Source: Yoonia sp. (GTDB lineage: Bacteria > Pseudomonadota > Alphaproteobacteria > Rhodobacterales > Rhodobacteraceae). From it: DNA of 64,000 nt. Under the pieces are notes generated by a model, which did no database searches, was not told the DNA's origin, and saw only the letters and a list, made by a program, of their open reading frames with translations. The stretch spans positions 12,410 to 76,409 of the forward strand of contig JAGSGF010000002.1 in assembly GCA_023955335.1 (NCBI GenBank). The letters run 5' to 3'. Made by a program: the position numbers and the translations under genes. Shown here in pieces: positions 11,269 through 22,061 of this stretch. Within the stretch, counting starts at the first letter, position 1; every line of letters begins with the position of its first letter.

Positions 11269-12431
11269 CGGCCTCTTCGCATCAAAATATCACCAATTTC
11301 GCCTTGCGGACGGGTGCGGGTGAACGCCAGCAGCATGCCCATCGCAATGCCGCCTGCAATGATGGACGAGCCACCATAGCTGACAAACGGCAAGGTCATG
11401 CCCTTGGCTGGAAGCAACCGCACGGCCACCCCCATGTTGATCATCGCCTGCACGCCAAACGCACAGGCCAGTCCGGTACCGGCAAAGCGGATGAACGGGT
11501 CACGTTCCTTAAGCAAACGCAGCAAGCTACGCACGACAATCACACCATACAGCGCGATAATCGCAAGCACACAGATCAGCCCGTATTCCTCGGCGGCAAC
11601 CGCGATAATGAAATCTGTATGGGCATCTGGCAGCGACCACTTCACTTGGCCTTCACCGACGCCAACACCAAAAAACCCGCCTTCACGGATCGCATTGGTG
11701 GCATACCCCAGCTGGGTCGTCGGGTCCAAATCAGGACTTAGAAAGCCATCAATCCGGCGGGCGAAGTGTTCGGAATTGGCGTAAGCAAACCAGCCAGCCA
11801 TGACGACACCCGCGCAAACTCCTGCAAGCAAGAACATCGGCGCACCCGCAACAAAATACATCACGCCCCATGAAAACAGCACCAAAGCAGCTTGACCAAA
11901 ATCTGGCTGCAACGCCAAAAACGTGCAAATAACAATCGTCAGGATAAACGAATACATTCGGCCCGGCGGGCCACCAATCTCGAGAGCGGCGGCCATCAAC
12001 CATGCAGCCATGACCACAAATCCGGGCTTTAGAAACTCCGACGGCTGCAACGATGCAAATCCAAGCGAATACCAGCGCACCGCGCCTTTGCCAAAGTCAG
12101 TGCCGAAAAACGGCAGGCCCATAAGGGCGACAAAGGCGACAAGAAATCCAAGAACAGCCAAACGGCGGACCATTTGTGGTGTCATCATCGACGTCAGCAA
12201 CATAGCGATCATCGCCACCCCGCCAAAAATCGCCTGACGGGTCACGTAATGAAACGGCTCAAGCCCGTTTTTGCTGGCCAATGGGGGCGACGACGCCAAT
12301 CCCAGCAACAGCCCGATGCCAAACAGCATCAGCACGCAGCTCATTGTCCATTTATCAATTGTCCGCCACCATCGTGGAAGAACAGGGTCACCCGCATAAA
12401 CCGGGACCGTGCCATAGACCATTTCCGTCAT
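11265..12431 (-). CDS. ftsW: SEDS-family peptidoglycan glycosyltransferase FtsW
   Basis: 388 aa polytopic membrane protein with C-terminal motifs [16 protein letters not shown]. dcw position. ATGA overlap with murG. Confidence 0.93.
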   Translation of the reverse strand: MTEMVYGTVPVYAGDPVLPRWWRTIDKWTMSCVLMLFGIGLLLGLASSPPLASKNGLEPFHYVTRQAIFGGVAMIAMLLTSMMTPQMVRRLAVLGFLVAFVALMGLPFFGTDFGKGAVRWYSLGFASLQPSEFLKPGFVVMAAWLMAAALEIGGPPGRMYSFILTIVICTFLALQPDFGQAALVLFSWGVMYFVAGAPMFLLAGVCAGVVMAGWFAYANSEHFARRIDGFLSPDLDPTTQLGYATNAIREGGFFGVGVGEGQVKWSLPDAHTDFIIAVAAEEYGLICVLAIIALYGVIVVRSLLRLLKERDPFIRFAGTGLACAFGVQAMINMGVAVRLLPAKGMTLPFVSYGGSSIIAGGIAMGMLLAFTRTRPQGEIGDILMRRGR

Positions 12432-12600
12432 GGGATTACCGCCAATACTGCCTCAAATCGCCCGATTTTTCGGGTCTGACACCACTTCTAGCGGGTTTGC
12501 CCCCCTATTTCTACTGCAAATTGTGGGTGCGCCAAATCTTGCTGGCGTGTCGCAAATCTCTGCTCTTGCACATTTGCGAATTTCGCGGCACCTCGGTCAC

Positions 12601-13770
12601 ATGCAAGTCAAAACTCTTATCATTGGCGCAGGTGCCGCAGGCATGATGTGCGCCGCCCACGCCGGCAGCGGCGTCCTTATCATCGACCACGCAAAAGCAG
12701 CGGGCGACAAAATCCGCATTTCTGGTGGCGGGCGCTGCAATTTCACAAATACGGGCACGACGGCGGCCAACTTCCTGTCAGCCAACCCACATTTCGCGAA
12801 ATCCGCGCTCAAACGCTACACCCAATGGGACTTCATCAATCTCGTCGCGTCCCACGGAATTGCGTACCACGAGAAAACGCTGGGTCAGCTGTTTTGCGAT
12901 AATTCGGCCAAAGACATCATTGCGATGCTGCATGCACAGATGGCAGGCGCGCAGCTATGGCTGAAAACTGACGTCGGCGATATCAGCCACAACGGCACGC
13001 ATTTCACTGTGCAAGTGACAAAAGACGGCGCGATCCATACGGTCACTGCCACCAATCTGGTCATGGCATCAGGCGGAAAATCCATCCCTAAAATGGGTGC
13101 AACAGGCCTCGGTTACCAAGTGGCCGACCAATTTGGCCTCGACGTGATCACCCCGCGCCCCGGCCTTGTGCCGCTGACCTTCACCGATGACCGGTTCAAG
13201 CCACTTGCAGGCACTGCCCTGCCCGCCCGCGTCACCGCAGGCGACACAAGTTTTGACGAGGCACTGCTGTTCACTCACCGTGGTCTGTCTGGCCCCGCAA
13301 TTCTGCAAGCATCATCGTACTGGCACGAAGGCGAGGCAATCCGCACCAACCTTATCCCGCAGATCGATCTTTATACAGTACTTCGCGATGTGCGTATCAC
13401 AATGGGCCGCAAGGCGCTGACCACGGTCATGTCACAACACCTGCCTGCGCGGCTCGTCAGCTATTTGGCCGACATCATGGACCTATCAGGGAACCTTGCT
13501 GACCGGTCAGATGCCAGCCTGCAAGTGGTCACTGACGCGCTGTCGAACTGGGAAATCACGCCATCAGGCTCCGAAGGGTACCGCACCGCCGAAGTTACGC
13601 TTGGCGGCGTGAACACCGACCACCTGAACTCCAAAACCATGGCGTCCAAGACGATGCCGAACCTCTACTTCATCGGAGAATGTGTGGATGTGACAGGCTG
13701 GCTTGGCGGCTACAACTTTCAATGGGCGTGGTCATCGGGTTGGGCAGCGGGCCAAGCAATTCAGTCGTAG
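12601..13770 (+). CDS. NAD(P)/FAD-dependent oxidoreductase, HI0933/YhiN (BaiN/RdsA)-like flavoprotein
   Basis: Start moved to the ATG at 12601 (MQVKTLIIGAGAAGMMCAA, Rossmann GxGxxG). ISGGGRCNFTN motif and C-terminal IGECVDVTGWLGGYNFQWAWSSG. The 57-codon N-terminal extension in the track is rejected. Confidence 0.85.
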   Translation: MQVKTLIIGAGAAGMMCAAHAGSGVLIIDHAKAAGDKIRISGGGRCNFTNTGTTAANFLSANPHFAKSALKRYTQWDFINLVASHGIAYHEKTLGQLFCDNSAKDIIAMLHAQMAGAQLWLKTDVGDISHNGTHFTVQVTKDGAIHTVTATNLVMASGGKSIPKMGATGLGYQVADQFGLDVITPRPGLVPLTFTDDRFKPLAGTALPARVTAGDTSFDEALLFTHRGLSGPAILQASSYWHEGEAIRTNLIPQIDLYTVLRDVRITMGRKALTTVMSQHLPARLVSYLADIMDLSGNLADRSDASLQVVTDALSNWEITPSGSEGYRTAEVTLGGVNTDHLNSKTMASKTMPNLYFIGECVDVTGWLGGYNFQWAWSSGWAAGQAIQS

Positions 13771-13788
13771 GATGGGTTTTAACCCATC
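13771..13788. terminator. hairpin between the convergent flavoprotein gene and murD (possible bidirectional terminator)
   Basis: GATGGGTT-tt-AACCCATC inverted repeat filling the 8-nt gap between the two stop codons and overlapping the last murD codons. No clear U-run on either side. Confidence 0.4.
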
Positions 13789-15185
13789 ACCACTTGGACC
13801 TGCGCCATAAAGTCATCACCGCGCGTCTCAAAGCTATCGTATTGATCGAAGCTGGCACAAGCAGGTGCCAATAGCACAACATCGCCCGCGTCAGCATCAA
13901 CAGCCGCCGTAGCTACTGCAACCTCCATCGTACCGCATACAACGGTTTCAACCCCGACCAACTGACGGGCGAAATCTTCGGCCTCGCGCCCGATTACATA
14001 GGCCTTTTGCACAGCGCCGATATGCGGCAACAGCGCATCCAGCCCACCATCTTTTTGCAAACCACCACAAATCCAACGGATCTTAGGAAACGCCTGCAAC
14101 GCCTTCGCAGCGCTATCGACATTCGTGGCCTTGCTGTCGTTCACAAAACGCACGCCGTCTTTTTCGCCAACCAATTGCGACCGATGTGGCAAGCCACCAA
14201 AACTGCGCATCGCGGCCTCGATCCCCTTGGGACTAAAGCCCAGCGTGCGGCAAGCAGCATATGCAGCGCAGGCATTTTGATGGTTATGCGCACCCGGCAG
14301 TCCGGCAATATCGCGCAGATCAACAGACGTCACCTGGCGGCCCTTGCGGTATTCAGACAAGAACCCTTTGCGCGCAAATACAGACCATGCGGCGTTTTCG
14401 AGCTTGCGACCAGAGGACACCTGAATAACGCGGTCATCGGCCGCCCCCATCGCCATTTGGTTTGCCAAATATTCGCCCTCAGGATCATCCATCCCGATGA
14501 CACAACGATCCGGTCCGCCCTCGGCAAACAAGCGACGCTTGGCGGCGAAATAGCCCCCCAAGCCCGCATGGCGGTCCAGATGGTCTGGCGAAATATTCGT
14601 CATGACCGCAACATCAGGGGTCAATGCGCGGGCCAAGTCGGTCTGATATGACGACAGTTCCAACACAACGACCTCGCCATCATGCGGCGGGTCAATGTCC
14701 AGCACCGCACGGCCAATGTTGCCAGCCAATTGGGTCGCGCGGCCATTCTCTTGGACGATATGGTGGATCAAGGCGCTTGTGGTCGATTTCCCGTTTGATC
14801 CGGTGACTGCAATCACACGCGGGCTGGTCGTAAAACCCGACCATTCATCCGTGGCAAACGACTGAAAGAATAAACCGATGTCATTATCAACAGGAACGCC
14901 TGCCCGCCATGCGGCCGCAATCACGGGGTTTGGGGCGGGGTAAAGATGCGGAATACCGGGGCTGACAATCAGGCGGGCGATGCCATCAAAGCCGCCTGCT
15001 TTGGACAAATCATGCAATGTGAACCCGTCCGCTTCGGCCGCATCGCGCGCCGCTGCACCATCGTCCCAAACAACAGCCGTGGCACCGCCTGCCTGCAGCG
15101 CAAGCACAGCGGCCTTACCAGACCGGCCAAGCCCCAAAACCGCGACGGTTTGCCCGTCAAAACCCTGCACTGGAATCATTGCCAC
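13779..15185 (-). CDS. murD: UDP-N-acetylmuramoylalanine--D-glutamate ligase
   Basis: 468 aa. [11 protein letters not shown] and the P-loop [10 protein letters not shown]. Confidence 0.95.
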   Translation of the reverse strand: MAMIPVQGFDGQTVAVLGLGRSGKAAVLALQAGGATAVVWDDGAAARDAAEADGFTLHDLSKAGGFDGIARLIVSPGIPHLYPAPNPVIAAAWRAGVPVDNDIGLFFQSFATDEWSGFTTSPRVIAVTGSNGKSTTSALIHHIVQENGRATQLAGNIGRAVLDIDPPHDGEVVVLELSSYQTDLARALTPDVAVMTNISPDHLDRHAGLGGYFAAKRRLFAEGGPDRCVIGMDDPEGEYLANQMAMGAADDRVIQVSSGRKLENAAWSVFARKGFLSEYRKGRQVTSVDLRDIAGLPGAHNHQNACAAYAACRTLGFSPKGIEAAMRSFGGLPHRSQLVGEKDGVRFVNDSKATNVDSAAKALQAFPKIRWICGGLQKDGGLDALLPHIGAVQKAYVIGREAEDFARQLVGVETVVCGTMEVAVATAAVDADAGDVVLLAPACASFDQYDSFETRGDDFMAQVQVVMG

Positions 15186-15215
15186 ACCCTTTTTGAAGTT
15201 GTGCAGACAGTGCCG

Positions 15216-15867
15216 CTAGACCCGCGCAGAAACAAGACCACGGGTGTAATGTTCGTGTAAGTTTTGCGTGCGCCGAATTTGGCAGCCTAGATTAGCCGCG
15301 TTTGGCGATGACAGCAGCAAGGGTTTGTTCGTTTCGCGCAATATCGGGGTGGTCCGCAGGCAGGTTGCCTTGCAAATGGCAAGCGCCTCGCGGAAAAGCC
15401 CCTCTGCGCACCAAAATTCGCCTCGATAATGCAGCAAAGAACCATCATCACAGTGCCGCTGCAGAGGTTTTGAAACAACTCACGGTGTTGCGCAAAAAGC
15501 CTTTGGCACACAGCGTCGCTCAGCACCCTGTGCAAGATTATATGTCACTTCCTTCATCAGTTGATCTGCGCGGTTATGTAACTCGACGTCAGCCATAACC
15601 TCTAAACTCAACGCTTCGATTAGATCTCCGTTAGGGATATCTTTTTCACGTTGACTGGTAAGCGCTTCTAACTCTGTTCGCGTTTCGACGTGGGAAATGC
15701 TGCTTGCGCAATTGCTACGAATTTTCGCGCCTCAGCGTTGGTATCGCTTTCGTGCTCAGTATTCAGCAGCTTTCCCAAACGCTTCAGACTGTTTTTGTGT
15801 AAACGCGAGAGCAAGGGCTTCAACTTGAACGTATCTTGCACCCAGATAAAGCGCGGCGACATTGCCG
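15216..15867 (-). pseudogene. decayed TPR (TPR_12 / kinesin-light-chain-like) repeat gene remnant
   Basis: No intact ORF. Minus-strand fragments in shifting frames read like TPR_12 units: GNVAALYLGARYVQVEALALAFTQKQSEAFGK / LGKLLNTEHESDTNAEARKFVAIAQ / LHYRGEFWCAEGLFREALAICKA / GNLPADHPDIARNEQTLAAVIAKRG. They are separated by stops and frameshifts. Confidence 0.4.
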
Positions 15868-15870
15868 GAG

Positions 15871-16959
15871 CTAGCGCACCTTTAATGTTGCGAGGCCAAT
15901 CATCGCCAGAATGAGCGAGACGATCCAGAACCGGATGACGATCTGCGGTTCGGCCCAGCCCTTTTTCTCGTAGTGGTGGTGGATCGGGGCCATCAGGAAC
16001 ACGCGTTTGCCTGACCATTTGAAATACAGGACCTGAATGATCACCGACAAAGCCTCGACCACGAAAACGCCGCCGACGATGGCCAAAACGATCTCGTGCT
16101 TGGTTGCGACAGCAATTGCGCCCAATGCGCCGCCCAAGGCCAAGGACCCGGTGTCGCCCATGAACACAGCGGCGGGTGGGGCGTTGTACCAAAGGAACCC
16201 AAGGCCACCGCCGATCAGTGCCATGCAGAAAATCAAAATCTCGCCGGTATCAGGCACATAATGCAGGTCCAGATATTGGGTGAAATCGGTGCGGCCCACG
16301 GCATAGGAAATAATTCCAAACGTGGCGGCTGCAATCATCACGGGCATAATCGCAAGACCGTCAAGGCCGTCTGTCAGGTTCACCGCATTGGCTGATCCAA
16401 CGATCACGATGATCGCGAATGGAATGAACATGAACCCAAGGTTCAGCAGAGTATTCTTCAAAATTGGGACCGCCAGCTGGTTGGTCAAATCAGCGGGATG
16501 ATACTGCGCAGCCCAGTAACCCGCGATCGCAGCAATCAAAAGACCAAGCAAAATCCGCACCTTACCAGACACACCTGCCGTGGTTTGCTTGGATACTTTC
16601 GCATAGTCGTCAGCAAACCCGATTGCGGCAAATGACAGCGTCACGAACAACACCATCCAGATAAACGGGTTATCCAATCGCGCCCAAAGCAGCGTGGAAA
16701 ATGTCAGCGCGCCAACGATCAGCAAACCACCCATCGTGGGGGTGCCGGCCTTGGCAAAATGCCCTTCGGGGCCGTCTTCTCGAATTGGCTGCCCCTTGCC
16801 CTGCTTGCGGCGCAGAACGTTGATCAACGGCAATCCAAAAATGAACCCGAAAACAAGCGCGGTCATAAATGCGCCACCCGCGCGGAAGGTGATATAACGA
16901 AACAGGTTAAAGAAATCGCCGCCATCAGAAAGCGCGGTCAACCAATAAAGCATAATCAA
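15871..16959 (-). CDS. mraY: phospho-N-acetylmuramoyl-pentapeptide-transferase
   Basis: 362 aa polytopic protein with motif [13 protein letters not shown] and C-terminus [12 protein letters not shown]. Confidence 0.97.
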   Translation of the reverse strand: MIMLYWLTALSDGGDFFNLFRYITFRAGGAFMTALVFGFIFGLPLINVLRRKQGKGQPIREDGPEGHFAKAGTPTMGGLLIVGALTFSTLLWARLDNPFIWMVLFVTLSFAAIGFADDYAKVSKQTTAGVSGKVRILLGLLIAAIAGYWAAQYHPADLTNQLAVPILKNTLLNLGFMFIPFAIIVIVGSANAVNLTDGLDGLAIMPVMIAAATFGIISYAVGRTDFTQYLDLHYVPDTGEILIFCMALIGGGLGFLWYNAPPAAVFMGDTGSLALGGALGAIAVATKHEIVLAIVGGVFVVEALSVIIQVLYFKWSGKRVFLMAPIHHHYEKKGWAEPQIVIRFWIVSLILAMIGLATLKVR

Positions 16960-16984
16960 AAACCTCTGTATTCGTATTCAAGTC

Positions 16985-18409
16985 TTAGGCGTTGCGATGC
17001 CCGAGTTTGCGGATCGCGTCAACGACCAGAGACACCTTACTGCCCTTGGACCCCTTCACCAACACCACATCACCCGCATCCAACAGTCGCCCGATTTGGG
17101 CATTCATTCCAGCTGCATCCGCCGTCCATTCGCCGCGCTGGCCCTCTGGCAGGGCTTGGTAAAGGTACTTCATACGCGGCCCCACGCAGTGCACAACATC
17201 CAAGCTTTGCAGGAATTTGTCGTGGGCGATGGCGCGGTGCATTTCATGCTCTGATGGACCCAGTTCCAACATATCACCCAGCACAGCAATGCGGCGGCCT
17301 TTGACAATCCGACCAACATTATGGCGTGGGGTTGCCGCTGCCAAAATTTCCAGACTTGCGGTCATGGATGTTGGGTTCGCGTTGAATGCATCATCGATCA
17401 AGTCCAGCGTATGTTCTGGTACGGCAGGGTCCAGCACAACGACTTCCCGCGTGCCGCGCCCATCCGGTGGCGCCCATTTCGCAATGTCACGCGACGCCTG
17501 CCCCACATCCGCGCCAAGCGCGTCGACCACGGCCAGAACACCAACCGCATTCATGGCAAAGTGCCGTCCAGGCAAGCCCAGCTTGAACAGGTATTCCACC
17601 CCAGCATGCGCGGCACAAACAACGGTCGCGTCATCAGTCAGCCGCACGTCGGTCGCCTGCCAATCAGTGCCATGCATACCAAACAAGACTTGCTTGGCTC
17701 CCAAAGCGGCTGCTTTTTCTTGCAAAATTCCCGTTGTCAGAATGTCCGCGTTCAAGACAGCAATCCCGCCCGACACCATCCCGTCCATGATCGCGGCCTT
17801 TTCGCGCGCGATGCCCGACACGTTTTCAAATGCTTCCAAATGCGCGGCAGCTACCGTCGTCACCATCGCCACATCCAATTGCGCCATCTGCGCCAGCGGC
17901 GCGATTTCACCGGGGTTGCTCATGCCAATCTCGATCACGGCGAACTGCGTATCTGCGGGCATCCGCGCAAGCGTCAGCGGCACACCCCAGTGGTTGTTAT
18001 ATGATGCCTCGGCGACATGGGTTTTCCCTTGCGGGGTCAAGACAGTGCGCAGCATTTCTTTGGTCGATGTCTTGCCCACAGACCCTGTGACCCCAACCAC
18101 CTTCGCACGTGTGCGGGCACGCCCGGCGCGGCCCAAGGCCTCTAACGCGATCAGCACGTCATCAACCACCAACAGTGGCGCATCAGCGGCGACCCCGGCA
18201 GGGCGGTGCGTGACCAAAGCTGCCGCAGCGCCTTTGTCCAAGGCCATGGCAACAAAGTCATGCCCGTCGCGCATGTCCTTAAGAGCAACAAACAAATCTC
18301 CCGACGCAATCGTGCGCGTATCAATCGACACGCCCGTGGCAGACCAGTCACCAATAGACTTACCACCTGTCGCCGTAGCAGCATCTGCCGCCGTCCAAAG
18401 CACGCTCAT
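16985..18409 (-). CDS. murF: UDP-N-acetylmuramoyl-tripeptide--D-alanyl-D-alanine ligase
   Basis: 474 aa. P-loop GVTGSVGKTSTKEM. dcw position. Confidence 0.95.
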   Translation of the reverse strand: MSVLWTAADAATATGGKSIGDWSATGVSIDTRTIASGDLFVALKDMRDGHDFVAMALDKGAAAALVTHRPAGVAADAPLLVVDDVLIALEALGRAGRARTRAKVVGVTGSVGKTSTKEMLRTVLTPQGKTHVAEASYNNHWGVPLTLARMPADTQFAVIEIGMSNPGEIAPLAQMAQLDVAMVTTVAAAHLEAFENVSGIAREKAAIMDGMVSGGIAVLNADILTTGILQEKAAALGAKQVLFGMHGTDWQATDVRLTDDATVVCAAHAGVEYLFKLGLPGRHFAMNAVGVLAVVDALGADVGQASRDIAKWAPPDGRGTREVVVLDPAVPEHTLDLIDDAFNANPTSMTASLEILAAATPRHNVGRIVKGRRIAVLGDMLELGPSEHEMHRAIAHDKFLQSLDVVHCVGPRMKYLYQALPEGQRGEWTADAAGMNAQIGRLLDAGDVVLVKGSKGSKVSLVVDAIRKLGHRNA

Positions 18410-19914
18410 ATCCTGCCCTCCAATGCGGCCACCGCAACGCTGGCCTGTTCGACATCATCAAAGGGCAAAACCACGTCGCCCACAGTTTGACCGCTTTCAT
18501 GGCCTTTGCCTGCGATGAGCAGGGCGTCACCCGCAGACAGCCCATCCACGCCCCGCAAAATCGCCTCGGCGCGGTCGCCAACTTCGGTGACACTTGGTGT
18601 TCCAGTTCCATTCAATGCACCCGCCAAAACCGCAGCACGAATAGTCGCAGGGTCCTCGGACCGTGGGTTATCGTCGGTAATAATCACAACGTCCGCGTGT
18701 TCAGACGCAGCCGCTCCCATCAACGGGCGCTTGCCAGCATCACGATCGCCGCCTGCCCCCACAATCGCAATAATCCGACCCATTACATGCGGGCGCATCG
18801 CCTTCAGCGCGGTCGCAACAGCGTCGGGCGTATGAGCGTAATCGACGAACACAGCCGCACCATTATCGCGGGTCGCCGCCAGCTCCATCCGGCCACGCAC
18901 GGTCGTCAGATGTGGCAGCGTATCAAATACGTCTTGCGGCACCCCCCCCGCCGCAATGACCAAACCAGCCGCGAGCAGCACGTTATCCGCCTGAAACCCG
19001 CCAATCAGATTAAGCCGCGTCTGATGCGCCTTGCCCTGCCATTCAAACAGCAGGTCCTGCCCCGTGGCATCAAACCGCTGGCCCTTCAGGCGCAAACGGG
19101 CATCGACGCTGCGCCCGACGCCAATAACCTCTTGGCCGCGATCCGCACATATATCGGCAACATGTGGGCCCTTGGGGTCATCCAAATTGATCACAGCGAC
19201 ACCGTCGTCAGCCAACACACGGGTAAACAACCCCAGCTTGGCGGCGAAATACGCCTCGAATGTTTCGTGGTAATCCAGATGGTCCTGCGTGAAATTCGTG
19301 AACCCTGCAGCAGCCAAAACAACACCGTCCAAACGCCGTTGGTCCAACCCGTGCGATGAGGCCTCCATCGCGACGTGCGTGATGCCGTGCGCCGCAGCTT
19401 CAGCCATGACGCGGTGCAATGTGATCGGTTCAGGCGTGGTGTGTTTCAGCGGATGGGTCCAAGCGCCTTCAACGCCCGTGGTGCCAAGATTGACCCCCGC
19501 AATATCCATCTCTTCCCATATTTGACGGGCGAAGGTGCTGACCGATGTCTTGCCGTTTGTGCCTGTCACGGCAATTACGGTACGGGGATGCGCACCGAAC
19601 CAAAGCGACGCGGTCAGGGCCAATGTCTGGCGCGGGTCTTGGGCGACGATTAATGCGGCGTCAGATGCGGCCAGCTCAATAGCAGCAATCTCGGCGCCCT
19701 TTGGGTCCGTTAAAATCGCGGCAGCGCCCATGCGCAAAGCGTATTGAATAAACTCGGCCCCATGCACCGCAGCACCGGGCAAAGCGGCGAATAGCACGCC
19801 GGGTTTCACATTGCGGCTGTCAACCGTCAAACCCGTAATCTGGGCATCGCGGCCCGACTGCGCGGCCAAGCCCAATGCGGCCAAGGATTTCGTCTGTCGC
19901 CCCATATCGCTCAC
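18406..19914 (-). CDS. murE: UDP-N-acetylmuramoyl-L-alanyl-D-glutamate--2,6-diaminopimelate ligase
   Basis: 502 aa. P-loop VTGTNGKTSV and the DNPR motif (TDDNPRSEDP). 4-nt overlap with murF. Confidence 0.95.
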   Translation of the reverse strand: MSDMGRQTKSLAALGLAAQSGRDAQITGLTVDSRNVKPGVLFAALPGAAVHGAEFIQYALRMGAAAILTDPKGAEIAAIELAASDAALIVAQDPRQTLALTASLWFGAHPRTVIAVTGTNGKTSVSTFARQIWEEMDIAGVNLGTTGVEGAWTHPLKHTTPEPITLHRVMAEAAAHGITHVAMEASSHGLDQRRLDGVVLAAAGFTNFTQDHLDYHETFEAYFAAKLGLFTRVLADDGVAVINLDDPKGPHVADICADRGQEVIGVGRSVDARLRLKGQRFDATGQDLLFEWQGKAHQTRLNLIGGFQADNVLLAAGLVIAAGGVPQDVFDTLPHLTTVRGRMELAATRDNGAAVFVDYAHTPDAVATALKAMRPHVMGRIIAIVGAGGDRDAGKRPLMGAAASEHADVVIITDDNPRSEDPATIRAAVLAGALNGTGTPSVTEVGDRAEAILRGVDGLSAGDALLIAGKGHESGQTVGDVVLPFDDVEQASVAVAALEGRI

Positions 19915-19920
19915 TCTTCA

Positions 19921-21705
19921 TTAGTTTGAGGTGAGTGTTACACCGATCGCCTCTGAACTGTCCACTTGCGGACGCAACCCAAGCAACGGAGCTGTGCGGC
20001 GGATCATCTCTGCGGCCACAGGAACTGCGGTCCAACCGGCGGTACGACGCGGCTTTTCGCCCGAATTCTCGGACGGCTCGTCAAAGGTGACGATCAACAC
20101 ATATTTGGGGTCGTTGGCAGGGAATACAGACGCAAATGTTGCAATGACCTTGTCATCATAATATCCGCCCCCACGCTCCTTTGGCTTATCGGCAGTGCCC
20201 GTCTTGCCGCCAACTTCGTAGCCCGCAACCTCACCAAAAGATGCGGTGCCGCGCACAACCACCTGGCGGAGCATATCGCGCGCTTGCTTGCTGATCTCTT
20301 CACTGACAACACGTGGGCCATTCTGCGGCGTGGAGCGGCGGATCAACGTCGGTTCAATCCGTGTGCCACCGTTCAACAATGACGCGTATCCGGCGGCCAA
20401 GTGCAGCGGCGACGATGACAGGCCGTGGCCATAAGATATTGTCATCGTTGAAATTTCTGACCAATTATGCGGCAACAGCGGCGCGCCTGACGGGGCCTCT
20501 GAAAGCTCTACCGGTGTGGCTTCCATGAAACCAAGCGACTTGAGGAATTCTTGTTGGCGCTCTGCACCAATTTGCATTGCGATGCGGGCGGTCCCAATGT
20601 TGGACGACTTTACAACCACATCCATTGTGGACAATTGCGCACCGTAATCATGGAAATCACGGATCTTGAAACGCCCCCATTGCAGCGGGCCTTTGGTGTC
20701 GATCATCGTGTCTTGACCGATCAAACCAAGTTCCATCGCTTGGGCGACTGCGAAAATCTTGAACACAGACCCAAGCTCGTACACGCCCTGCACCGCACGG
20801 TTAAACAGCGGGCTATCCGACTGATCACCAGTGGTCAAAACCTGCGGACGGTTGTTGGGATCAAAATCAGGGAGCGACACCATCGAAATGATCTCGCCTG
20901 TATGCAAATCCATCAAAACGGAGGCGGCACCCTTGGCATTCATAATCGACATGCCACCAGCAAGGACCTCTTCGGCAGCGGCCTGCACGGTCAGATCAAT
21001 AGACAACGAAAGCGGTTCGCCCTCGCGCGCTGGATCACGCAGACGTTCATCAAATTCACGCTCCACACCAGCAACACCGATGACCTCGGCGCTTGCGACA
21101 CCTTCGCGGCCATACGATGCACCGCCAAGGATATGCGACGCAATCGCGCCGTTCGGATACAGGCGCATTTCACGCGGGCCAAACAGCAAACCAGTGGAGC
21201 CGATATCATGTACAGCCTGCATCTGTTCAGGCGAAATCTGACGGCGAATCCACAAGAATTTTCGGTCACCCGTAAAATCAGCCAGCAGCTTTTCCTCTTT
21301 CAATTCAGGGAAAATTTTGACCAATTCGCCCGCAGCATACACAGGGTCAACCATGTCTTGCGGATGAGCGTACAAGGAATGTGTTTCCAGATTTGTCGCA
21401 AGAATACGGCCATTTCTGTCAGTAATGTCAGCACGTTGCCCGATGATTGGGTTGCCCTTTACAGTCGCCACTGGCTCTTCGGGGGCGGCACCAGCCAACG
21501 CGCCCATGCGCATCCCGATCGTGCCAAAGGCAATCGCAAACATTGCACCCAAAACCAGCAAACGGCCTTCGGCGCGCAAACGGGCGGTATCGCGCATCGC
21601 TTCATGGCGCAGACGCAGGTTTTCAGCCTCGATCGCGTGGGTGTCTTCACCACGGTCGCGGGCTTTTAATATGCGTGCAAGTGGCCGGAGCGGCGTGCGG
21701 ATCAT
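19921..21705 (-). CDS. ftsI: peptidoglycan D,D-transpeptidase FtsI (PBP3)
   Basis: 594 aa. Transpeptidase motifs SxxK (GSVFK), SxN (KSSNIG) and KTG (GGKTGTA). Confidence 0.95.
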   Translation of the reverse strand: MIRTPLRPLARILKARDRGEDTHAIEAENLRLRHEAMRDTARLRAEGRLLVLGAMFAIAFGTIGMRMGALAGAAPEEPVATVKGNPIIGQRADITDRNGRILATNLETHSLYAHPQDMVDPVYAAGELVKIFPELKEEKLLADFTGDRKFLWIRRQISPEQMQAVHDIGSTGLLFGPREMRLYPNGAIASHILGGASYGREGVASAEVIGVAGVEREFDERLRDPAREGEPLSLSIDLTVQAAAEEVLAGGMSIMNAKGAASVLMDLHTGEIISMVSLPDFDPNNRPQVLTTGDQSDSPLFNRAVQGVYELGSVFKIFAVAQAMELGLIGQDTMIDTKGPLQWGRFKIRDFHDYGAQLSTMDVVVKSSNIGTARIAMQIGAERQQEFLKSLGFMEATPVELSEAPSGAPLLPHNWSEISTMTISYGHGLSSSPLHLAAGYASLLNGGTRIEPTLIRRSTPQNGPRVVSEEISKQARDMLRQVVVRGTASFGEVAGYEVGGKTGTADKPKERGGGYYDDKVIATFASVFPANDPKYVLIVTFDEPSENSGEKPRRTAGWTAVPVAAEMIRRTAPLLGLRPQVDSSEAIGVTLTSN

Positions 21706-22061
21706 AGCGCATCCTCCCCGCGTGGAACGGGTGCGCTGTTGACTTCAATCGGCACGATGATCGGCAAAATATCAGGCAATGGATAAATAATCTGATCTAT
21801 GCGTCCAAACGCGTCTGGCATTAGCGGCAACAGGCCAAGACGGTCAAAATTGATCTCGGCTAAGTCGGACAAGCGGTCAGGACGGTTCAAATACGCCCAT
21901 TCAGCGCGCAACATGCGAAGCCGTTCGTGGTTGGTGCCGATTTGGGCGTGCAAACTGCGGACTTCGCCCAAAGCATCGCGGGTTTTATAGTTTTCCTGAT
22001 AGGACCAAAACGCCAGCCCCATAACCGCAAGTGCGGCCATCAAATACAATACGGTCCGCAC
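21702..22061 (-). CDS. ftsL: cell division protein FtsL (alphaproteobacterial type)
   Basis: 119 aa with a single N-terminal TM segment (LYLMAALAVMGLAFWSY) followed by a coiled region. Called mainly from its position between rsmH and ftsI. Confidence 0.7.
   Translation of the reverse strand: MRTVLYLMAALAVMGLAFWSYQENYKTRDALGEVRSLHAQIGTNHERLRMLRAEWAYLNRPDRLSDLAEINFDRLGLLPLMPDAFGRIDQIIYPLPDILPIIVPIEVNSAPVPRGEDAL

Noticed and set aside
12430-12600. N-terminal extension of the flavoprotein ORF (track start 12430).
   Set aside because: The extension overlaps the ftsW start region and has no motif. The canonical dinucleotide-binding N-terminus begins at the ATG at 12601.
15668-16192. 174-aa minus-strand ORF spanning the mraY 3' end and the mraY-murD gap.
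   Set aside because: Its upstream two-thirds is out of frame inside mraY and Arg/Gly/His-rich. Only its tail (MSPRFIWVQ...LGKLLNTEHESDT...) is meaningful, and I interpret that as part of the decayed TPR relic.
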